Part shown: positions 45,801-56,049 of the stretch, piece after piece
Position numbering within the stretch: position 1 is the stretch's first letter
Layout of the letters: each line of letters begins with the position of its first letter
NCBI RefSeq assembly: GCF_009914755.1
Contig: NC_060939.1
DNA: 64,000 bases
Source: the human T2T-CHM13v2.0 reference genome, Homo sapiens
Direction: 5' to 3' (one strand)
Translations under genes and position numbers: made by a program
Notes under the pieces: generated by a model
The model's database searches: none
What the model was told of the DNA's origin: nothing
The model's input: only the letters and a program-made list of their open reading frames with translations

Positions 45801-46899
45801 AATGCAGGAACAGGAAACCAAACACCACATGTTCTCACTTATAAGTAGGAGCTGAACAATGAGGACACAGGGAGAGGAGCAATACACACTGGGACCTGTC
45901 AGGGGGTGGGGTGGGGTCAGGGAGGGAGAACATTAGGAAAAATAGCTAATGCATGCTGAGCATAATACCTAGGTGATGGGTTGATAGGTGCAGCAAACCA
46001 TCATGGCATACATTTACCTATGTAACAAACCTGCACATCCTGCACATATGCCCTGGAACTAAAAATAAAAATTTAAAAAAATTTCTTCCTTATATTTCCT
46101 GCTATGTAATTGATAACTGATAATCTGAGACTGAGTGGATATCCTGTTTCTTGACAATCTTTTAACCAATGATTTTAGCATCCATTGATGATTCTTTACA
46201 TAATCGATTATGACTACAATAATTGGAAAATGAAGATTTTCATATTCTAGCTTACACATGATTAGTTGGCACTGTTCTATAAATAAGGGTTTTCTTTCCC
46301 ATTTCTTATATCCACTCATTCATTTGTACATTTGTTCTTATTTATTGGATAAGTATCAACTTATGAATTCACCTTTTTTTCAATATGTTATATTACTGAA
46401 AGATTTCAATTTTCTGCTCAAAATTATCTAAATTTGGTCAGTGAAAAGCTCCTTTAAGCTGATTCCTGTGTCATTTTGACATAGCCCCATCAGATTTTGA
46501 GCACTCCTTTAATTTTTGCCACAACACCAAAACTTTGTGTTCAAAAATACTGCCAGCTTTTCTTGCTCTAATCCTAGAATTAGCATTTCTCCAAGAATCA
46601 TTAGTTCCTTTTAGAAAAAAATGAAATAGTGTTTAGATGTCAGGACCTAAATACTAGCTATGCTTCTTTCTAACGGATATCACTACCTTTAGTCCCTTGC
46701 AGTTGACAGAGCTGGGAAATAACTACATCTACCGCTATATCTAATTTATCTACATCTATGTGTCTATATTTTCTATAATCCAATCAAACACTGACGAACT
46801 TTTCCTTTTCTACTGTGATTCTATATTTTTAACTTTCTTTTCCCACAGTAAGAACTCATTCTTTTGTTCAATCTTTTTATGCAAATAAAATTGTTTTAG

Positions 46900-49100
46900 A
46901 ATCATTTTAGAAATTCAGAGAAACTCATTACGTATAACTTATAGCATTATGCTAAATTTCTACATGTTCCTGGGACTATTTAGGGACTTTTAATTTTGTT
47001 CTATTTGGTCTGTCTTTCATGTGCCAGTGACATTATTTTAAGTGTAGAAGTGTTGTAGTGAATTTCAAACTACTAAATTATATATAAATGTTAATATTTA
47101 ATTAGTAATTATACTTAAATGTTTTAAATATTATTTAAATATCTAAAGATTTTAAAATAAATTTAAAAGTATTAAAAAGAAAAATTTGTTCAAGTCTACT
47201 TGCATCCTTCACAGGTGTGTGTTTTCATGGTTTCCTCAGAAAGGTTTGTCTTTCCTAAGTACTTTCTGTTTTTATTGATGTTGTAAGTAGGGGGTTGCCT
47301 TCCATTTTACCTCCCAACTGGTTATTGTTTGTAAGTGTGATTTTTTATGTTGGTTACATTTTCTGTTACTTTACTATTTTTCTTGAGTTTTTATCATTTT
47401 CTTGAATTGTACACATACTCTATCATATGATCTGAAAATAGAGGTAATTTTGTTTATTTCTCTGTCGTCTTTTGCCAAATCACATTGGTAAGTACCTCTC
47501 TTATTATGTTGAATAGTAGTGGATAGTGGTCATCCTTGTCTTGTTTCTGATTTTAGTGGAAAGTTTCCAGTATTTCCCCATTAAGTAAGTGAGATGCTGA
47601 GTTGAGGACTAATCATGTTAAGGAAGAATTTCTTATTGCTTCCTTTTCCACAAATGTTGACAAAAGTGGTCGAAAGAATACTCTAATCATGTTAATGCTT
47701 ACTTAGCATGATTAGAGAATTCTTTCAGCCACTTTGTCAATATCTGTGGAAATTATTACATATTTCTCCTCTTTGTATCTATTAATATGCTGAATTAAAG
47801 AATTTCATAACACTCAATTATCATTGGATTCTTAGAATAAATCCTACTTGGTCGTAATGTATTATTTTCTTAATATAATGTTGAATTCTCTTTACTAATG
47901 TGTTTTCTAATTTTAGTGGCTGTTTCACTGATAATTTTTGTATGCATATTCATGAATAATAGATATTAAAAGTTTAGTTATCGAGATTAAACCTAATTTA
48001 TAAAAAAAATAATTTGGAAATAGCTTGCCATTTTTCTCCCTCCAAAAAATTCATCTTGCATCTAGTATTTGCAGGTTTGATAAACAAGCAGATAATAAGC
48101 CTGATCACTTGTTTTCTGATTCCACAGCAGGTTAGAAATATCAAATTATAGATTGAGAAGCTATTACAGGTAGGCTTATTGACTAAAGTGACAGGTGACT
48201 CAATAAACGAAAGTGTTAGTTTACTTAATGTGGGAGAAAAATCACACTATACCCATCCATGGGCCCATCCTTATCTTATAAAATAATGCCAAAATAAACA
48301 ATTGCCATGTGTTTTTATGAAAAATATAAATGTATACTGTATGTTTGGAAGTGTCAGTTTCAAATGGTTACAATTAAAATATCTCAGTATTTTAAAAGAT
48401 ATATTCCTAACAGTCTGGAAAACATACCTATTTAGAGTAAGGGTTCACCAAGGTTGACACATCATAGAGCAAGCGGAGATAATCAATGTGCATGCTGTTA
48501 CCAGTGGAGCTGATTATATGGACTAGTAAAGTACAGAGAGGGAAAGTTGCACAGTGGGAAAAGCATTGGCTCATATTTTTGTTGTGTATATTCTTCTTCA
48601 TTAATTACTTCATTATTATTCTTCCATCTGGCATCCTTTCTTTTTGCCTGAAGAAGACCCTTTATTATTTCCTTTAGGCCTATTTCACTAATGATAGATT
48701 ATCTCAGGTTTCATTTGTCCAGCAAGGTTATATTGCCTTCCTTTTTAAAGCATGTATTCAATGGGGATAGAAGTGTATTCTACGCTGGTGATTATTTTCT
48801 TTCAACACTTTGAAGAAATTCTCCCATTGCTTACTGACTCCCATCTTTTCTATTAGTAAGTTGGCTGTCAGACTTAAATTGTTCTGTTTTGAATGCTCTT
48901 ATTTTGTATTATATACTTATGTAATGTTTCCTTTATATAATTTTTACCTGCTTGATATTTGTAAAGCTACCTAAATTTGTTGCTTGGTATCTTTCATTGC
49001 TTGGAAAATTATTAGTGATTATCTCTTCAAACATTGCCCTATTTTTAAATCCGTTCTCCTTTTCAAACTCCAATTACCCTGTGTCTCCCATGTTTATCAT
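46900..49100 (-). mobile_element. Very old L1M ORF2/ORF1 fragments
   Basis: atgttgaatagtagtggatagtggtcatccttgtcttgtttctga; attttctttcaacactttgaaga; patchy. Confidence 0.55.
47645..47752. repeat. Inverted repeat with ~50-bp arms and 7-nt spacer
   Basis: tttccacaaatgttgacaaaagtggtcgaaagaatactctaatcatgttaa-tgcttac-ttagcatgattagagaattctttcagccactttgtcaatatctgtggaaa. Confidence 0.92.
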
Positions 49101-49932
49101 AGTATTTTCTGCATTTTACACTTCTCCCCTTCTTTCCATGTATCAGCATAGGCAGAATAATTTAGTTTCTCTAGAGAAGAGTGTCACAACCCAGGGTTAA
49201 ATGGAGGAATTATATCCTGAAAGTCACTACCTCTGTTGCATCATTCTTGGTTGAGTGACTATCTCAGACTTGCACCCTCAAAGCCAGCCTTGACTCATCT
49301 CTTACCCAGGGTCCCTCACATGTGATCATTCTCCATTTCCTGATTTCATTACTACACAAACTTTCCTACCTTATTTTTTGATCCTGATTCTTATTTTCTC
49401 TTGTCTGTACTATGTTAATAGACTTAAATCTTGTATTTTCATCCATACTGCCTTACTAATTCTAATATATAACTGCTATGTCATTCTATAGGCAAATTGA
49501 TTTTAAGTCAGAAATAATTACTTATGCTTTTTAAAGACATAAGTTCATACCAAGCCAATAATTCAAAGTTGTTATTCTATTCCATACCCAACTCCTCTCA
49601 ACACATCCCAGGTTTTAGCTAAACTGAATGTTTTGCTTCTTAAGCATACTTTCTGCTTTCCCTGTATTTATTCTGCTTCTTCTCTCTGGGCTGCCATGGG
49701 TTAATTTTACCTATTACTTCACTGCCCAGAAACCTTTCTTGACTTCTTACAGCTTAATGAATCCCAGCTCTCCAGTCAGGTTCTCCAGAGCACTCCAGCA
49801 TAACTACTTAGCCCTTTGTCCTTTTATTTTCCTACATGTCCCCTACATCACCTGAATGCTTCTACCTCTCATCATCTGTGCACCTATTTTAATGACAGTC
49901 TTTTTCCTGGAATGCTTTTCTACCACATTTGT

Positions 49933-50519
49933 TGTAGGAAAGAGAGTTTCTGGGGTGCCAGATGAGTTGGTCTCCCCTGTGTGAGACACCCATGGGAAGC
50001 CATGGGCAGCCTCCAAGGAGAAAAGTCTCCTTATTGCCTTCACGTCTTTATGCCCTGAGAGCATAACCACTCAGCAGCATTCCACAGGTTGTTCAGGGAG
50101 ATAACACTCCTTTGAAGCAGTGGAGTATAATCAAACATCTTGGCTCCTCCTGAAACATCCTCCCACCAGTTTCAGTCCTGGTAAGTTAAAGATCTTAAGT
50201 AGTTTAGACACACGCCTTTGCTCAAGGAAATTCACAGACACCGCCACTGCTATACATCTTATCAAATGACTCATGAGTTCTCCTTCACTGATTAATCCTT
50301 TTCTTCATCCCTTCCTCACCCTTCCATCTGCCCTAAGAACAAAGAGCTTGTAAACCAATAAATTGGGTGGAGCCCAAGAGCTCTGGGCCATGACCAGGAC
50401 TCCAACACTCCGGTCCCCTGGACCCACCTTTTAAATGCTTATTCTGTCTCTTCCTAACTCCTCTGTCTCTGCTGGACTCGGGGTACCCACTGGGTGGTGT
50501 GGGGCTGGTTTCCCCAACA
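49933..50519 (+). mobile_element. ERVK solo LTR, LTR14C-like (587 bp)
   Basis: tgtaggaaagagagtttctggggtgccag...ggggctggtttccccaaca; AATAAA at ~50357; perfect TSD tttgt on both sides. Confidence 0.85.
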
Positions 50520-51699
50520 TTTGTCTACTAAAATTATATTCACTTCTAAGGTCCACTTCAAATCTTTCTCTCTCTCTTCCCCCGCCCCCCACCCCCCACC
50601 ACCTGCCAACAGCATTTTTACTGAAACCCAACTAGTTATAACTCATCATGAACGTTATTAAATGTTCCTGGTACTTCCTCTGCATCAAATGTTTATGGTA
50701 CCATGTTGCACTCAGTTATTTCAGTATTTAAAATTAGGGTTGCCAAAAAGTAACAATAGGTTAACATTTCTGAGGTTTATTTTTCTCTCAGGTAAAAATC
50801 TAGAAGTAGTCAGGGCAGGACTAGATACGGCAGCTTAGTTTCTCAGAGCTCTCAGAGATTAGAATTCCTTGCATCCATGGCTCTCATCCTCATATCAGAT
50901 GATAAGGTGTAAGATGGCAGCTAGAGCTCTGATCACTATGCACAAATGTTAGGCAGCAGAATGGGGGAAGATATAACAAAATAAGGTGACAAGAATGCAA
51001 TCCAGATGTATTTTTAAAATAAACTATGTAAAAGTATAACATACAAGAAAATGCATACATTGTAAATTCACAATTCGATTACAAATACCACCAATAATCA
51101 AGACCCAGAAAATTCTCGTGAATCCAGAAAAGCTCTTTTGGTTCTTTTGCAGTCAATTATCCCCAACCACAGCTCATACTAATAGACAAAATAAGGGGAA
51201 AACATAAATTAATCTCAATATATATTTTCAAATAATTTGACAAAATGTAATGCTCTTTTTGAATAAAATTCTTACCAAACTAGAGAGAGAAGGAAATGTC
51301 CTCAACTTAATAAAGGGCATCTGTAGAAAATCTAGAGCTAGCATTACACTTAATGGTGTAAGACTGAATACTTTCCCTATATGATCAGGAAACAGTCAAG
51401 GGTGTTTATTCTCACCACTTTCGTTCACTATTGTATTGGCAGCTCTGGCCAGCATAACAAGGCAAAAAAGAAGACTTAAAATGCAAATAAATTGAAAACT
51501 AATAAACAAAATGATCGTAATTTGCAGACATCATGATTATTTCTGTAGAAAATACTTTGGAATCTATAGAAATAGCTTCTAGAACTAATAATTGGGTTTA
51601 GGAAGTCAGCAAGATAAAGATAAATCTATAGAAATAAATATTCCTCCATACTATTCAAAATCAGAAATTAAAATTTAATTGGTAAACATGTTGTCATTA

Positions 51700-52250
51700 A
51701 ACAGTATATAGAAGTATTGAAACTACTGCTTAAAGCTAGTGGAGCCTCGGTTTCACGGGCTCAATTAAGGGACCTAATGCAAACTGTTGTATTCCATAAC
51801 CCATGGTTCCCAGAAGAAGGTACGCTAGATGTAGAGCTCTGGGAACAAGTGGGGAGACATCTTAAACAACATCATGCACAAGGGCAATGGGTCCCAGTAT
51901 CATCTCTAACGCTATGGACTTTAGTTAGGGCGGCCCAGGTCCCGTTATACACCCAAGAGCCTAAAAAGGGGAAGGAGGAAGAACCGTCACCTACCTTCCC
52001 GCCTCCATCTCCCTCAGCCCCATTGTTTCCAGGCAAAAATAACAAAGAAGAAATGGAGGTTTTGCCTGAGCCCCCTCCTCCAATAAATTGGATAAAAGAC
52101 AAGGGATACACTACAGCTATGGGACCCTGTCTTAGGCAAGTGGCATTAGAAGGGGAGCTCTTAGCCTGCCTGGTAATGCAAGATCAACAGGCAATCAGGT
52201 ATATAAACCCATTTCTTTTGATGCTTATAAAAAGATTTTTAAAAAGGCAT
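51700..52250 (+). pseudogene. gag: ERVK gag N-terminal part (MA and following region), truncated
   Basis: LLKASGASVSRAQLRDLMQTVVFHNPWFPEEGTLDVELWEQVG matches the betaretroviral MA PWFPxxGTLD motif. Confidence 0.9.
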
Positions 52251-52570
52251 TAGAGGCCGGAGCCACGCAGCCAAGTGGGCTATGGGCGGAAGAAAAGGCT
52301 CAGGGGCAGGGAAGCTCACAGTGCCTGGGCCCACAGGGTCTGGCCGGCCGGCAGCAGCCACCTGGCGGCAGTGGGAGAGAATGGGGCAGACAGAAAGTCG
52401 CGCCTAAGCGAGCACAATGCAGCTGCCACCCTGGGACCCACACCGCTGTGCTCTGCAGGTGGCCCACAGCAAAATTTCATGTGTTCCTTGTATACAAGTG
52501 ATGTCCCAGATTATAATTCTCTGCTAAAATTTAAGTAAAATTTAAGAATTTGAAAAACCCTTTTCTAATA

Positions 52571-55060
52571 ATGGCCACTGTTATTTCTCCCTTACCCCTA
52601 AGGTGACTCTCTTCAAGTCCAATTTAAGTAAAACAGTAACCTCTGAAGGGAGAGAAATTAAAGAGCCCATGAATTAGTTGAGGAGCAATTAAAAGCCGGC
52701 CATATAGAACCATCAAACAGCCCTTGGAATTAGCTCATTTGTGTCATTCCCAAAAAGTCTGGTAAATGGAGAGTTTTGCATGACTTACGTGCTATTCATG
52801 CTAATTTGCAACCTATGGGGCCCCTTCAACAGGGCCTTCTATCCGCGGCGGCGATTCCTCGAGATGGCCTATAATCGTTATTGACTTAAAAGACTGTTTT
52901 TATACTATTCCCACAGCAGAACAGGACAGAAAAAAATTTGCCTTTACGATACCAGCTATCAATAATGAGAGGCCACCTTGCTGATTTAATTGGAAAGTGC
53001 TTCCTCGGGGGATGCTAAACAGTCCTACCATGTGTCAGTATTATGTAAAGCAAGCTTTGCTCCCCAGTGGAAAAGAATTTCCTGACTGCAAGATTATTCA
53101 TTTTATGGATGATATTTTATTAGCAGCCCCAAAGGTGACAGTACTTGTAAACTTATATACCTCTGTCGTAAAGAATACATACCTAAGAGGTTTAATCACA
53201 GCATCTGAAAAAGTACAGATGTCTTCTCTTTGGAAATAACTTGGGTACATACTAACTTCCCAGTCAGTAAGAACTCAAAAGGTTAAATTAAATACTAGCA
53301 ACTTATGCACCTTAAATGATTATCAAAAATTATTGGGTGATATTAACTGGCTTTGCCCCATCTTGGGCATATCTACTGATAAGTTGCAAGAAGTTGCAAA
53401 ACCTGTTTTCTATCTTAAAGGGCAATATAGCCCTGGATTCTCCCAGGTATTTGACCACTGCAGCAAAAAGGGAAATTGAAGACATAGAGCAAGCTATTTC
53501 CCAAAGGCAAATGGATTGCATGGACACTCAATATTCTGTCCAGTTGTTTATTTTCCCCACTAAACATTCCCCTGCAGGGTTAATAGGACAGATGAGCCCA
53601 GGACTGCACTTTTTAGAATGGGTTTCTTGCTCACATACTGGGACTAAAACACTCTCTCCCTATATCCAGCTACTTAGTAAAGTCATCTATTCAGGCTGCA
53701 GATGATGTAATCAGTTGCTAGGTTATGACCCTGATGTCATAAGAATTCCTTTGAGTCAAAGGCAATTTGAAGCAGTATTGCCCCTCTCTTTAGATCTTCA
53801 GATACCACTCACTGATGACACAGGCCATTTAGAACATACCCTCCCTACTGACAAACTGCTTCAGTTCTTATCTCGTACTCCTGTAATTATGCCTACAAAA
53901 GTAGTTCCCTCCCCCATACCTAATGCTTTAACACTGTTTACTGATGCTCAGGTAAACATGGAAAAGTGGTAGTCTGGTGGAGACCATGTAATTCCCTCAC
54001 TTGTTCTGGGTTTACTAGCAATCAAAGAGCAGAGGTTGGAGCCTTAATACTGGCTTTGGAGACTTTTTCTGCTCAGCCCATCAATATTGTTAGTGACTCT
54101 GCTTACTCCATTTGTTTGTTTGTTTGTTTATTTATTTATTTTGAGACAGAGTCTCACTCTATTGCCCAGGCTGGAGTGCAGTGGCGTGATCTCTGCTCAC
54201 TGCAACCTCTGCTACCCAGGTTCAAGGATTCTCCTGCCTCAGCCTCCTGAGTAGCTGGGATTACAGGCACCTGCCACCGCACCCTGCTAGTTTTGTATTT
54301 TTAGTAGAGATGGAGTTTCACCATCTTGGCCAGGCTGGTCTTGAACTCCTGACCTCGTGATCCACCCACCTCTGCCTCCCAAAGTGCTGGCCTTACAGGC
54401 GTGAGCCACCAAGCCCGGCCTTACTCTGTTTATTTATTGCAGAACCTTGAGACCGCACTAATTAAGTCCACTCTGGAGCCAGCCCCACGTGCTCTTTTCC
54501 TCTGACGTCAGCAATTGCTAGATCAATGTACACATCCTATTTTTATCACACATATTTGAGCCCACAGCTCACTGCCTGGCCCCTTGGCTTACGGCAATGA
54601 TCAAGCAGACCTTTGGGTTATGACATCACTGCTTGACCAAGCCACCCAATTGCATCAATTTTTCCACCAAAATTGGAGAAACTTAACTATAACAATTTCA
54701 ACTTACCCAAAGACTATACTTTCAGGGATCATTTCTATAGTTTGTTTCTAGAGAAGTTTCTCCGAATGTGTAGAGCACTGCTTAATCTTTTAAATTTAGA
54801 TGATAAATTTCAATCAGCTGTCACAAAAGCACTTTGCTAAAACCTCTCAAGACATAAAACCTGCAGTTTTATGGAAAGGTGTAAACACTAATGAATGGTG
54901 TGGTCCAAATGATTTGCTAACATGGAGAAGAGGATATGCTTTTGTTCATACCCCCTCAGGTCCTCTTTGGATTCCAGCACAATGCATCAAACCATATTAT
55001 GGTATGGCTAGGACCCAACCCAGTACCAGAAATGAAGAAAATGACCCTATAGGACCCGCA
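52571..55060 (+). pseudogene. pol: ERVK pol remnant (RT, RNase H, partial integrase)
   Basis: [16 protein letters not shown]; LPRGMLNSPTMCQ; IIHFMDDILLAA; LFTD; [21 protein letters not shown]; IN C-terminal WCGPNDLLTWRRGYAFV; many stops. Confidence 0.92.
54111..54420 (-). mobile_element. AluSg-like element inserted in pol RNase H
   Basis: (TTTG/TTTA)n tail, both arms, gaactcctgacctcgtgatcc; TSD ttactccattt / ttactctgttt. Confidence 0.94.
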
Positions 55061-55572
55061 GCCCCAGACAATGCGGCTTCTGTGGATGACACAGGACCCA
55101 GACAGAATGCTGAAGAAGACAACTCAGAAGGCTAAGCAAATCCTGCTTTAAACACACCATTCGCTCCAAATAATTTATTCCTTTTTTATTCTCTCGTTCT
55201 GCTTACAACTGGTACCTGCTACACTCTTTTGGACTTATCTCTTAAATCCGCGTTTCTTCTGCCCTGTTACTTTGACAAACACCCCCTTCCCAGCTTCTAA
55301 CAACACAACTGCTTAACGGAGAGGGATTAACATACCCCCAATGGGGTTCCTTAGTCACAGCACACATCAAACTAAATTGCCAAGTAACACTACAAGTCAC
55401 TCCTTGATTGGAAAAGAAAGTTGCAAATTATACTCATGTTTGTCTTATGTTATTTACCAATTCTAGGATGCAAAGCCAGAATACGAGCAGTGACCACCAT
55501 GCCTGACAGACCTGCTGCTGCACACATCTGTACTCTCCAACAAAACCTGATGCTAAAAACAAAAGGGAGAGA

Positions 55573-56049
55573 TGTAGGAGTTCAGTCATGGCGGTGGGAA
55601 AAATTGTAAGAGGAAATTATAGGAAAGAGAAGCAAACCTTCTTGGAAGGCAGGAAGGTTTTGTAAAAGCCTTGGAAGAGAGTTATGGCTGAAAACAGCCT
55701 TATCCTCTTCCCGTGAGCTGATAGCTTAGAGTAGGTATAAAGGAATGTAAGGGAGTTTATCTAAAGAGCTTGTTGACTCCTGTGGTCCGAAGACCAATCA
55801 TTTGTAGGACTGCTCTCTCTGGGGAAGGCAACCACATTAATTAATTATCCACAAGTGTGTTGACTCAAAGCCTTTGTTATTAAATCTGTGCTGAATAAAT
55901 GCCCACAGGGCCAGCTAGTCAGGTTATATGGCTGCTACAACTCTTTCTGTGAGTGGCCTGGTTCCCTAGCCACTCTTTCACTTTATATCGGTGTCTGAGT
56001 ATGTTATTCATCCACCGTGCAGCCTGGGTCTGCAGGTCAGACCCCAGCA
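55573..56049 (+). mobile_element. LTR22-family 3' LTR
   Basis: tgtaggagttcagtcatggcggtgggaaaaatt...aataaatgcc...gcaggtcagaccccagca directly after the PPT. Confidence 0.87.

Larger units (their letters stand above)
51695..56049 (+). mobile_element. Defective HERV-K(HML-5)/HERVK22-like provirus lacking the 5' LTR
   Basis: Betaretroviral gag MA, pol RT-RNaseH-IN pieces, env remnant, polypurine tract aaaagggagaga, LTR22-type 3' LTR. Confidence 0.88.

Noticed and set aside
51717-52253. 178-aa gag ORF as a domesticated gene
   Set aside because: It starts at TTG, lacks the native N-terminus and CA/NC, and drifts out of frame; there is no evidence of selection from sequence alone.
51695-56049. L1-mediated processed copy of ERV RNA
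   Set aside because: The 3' LTR is complete to its terminal CA with no poly(A) tail, which fits a provirus with a later 5' deletion.
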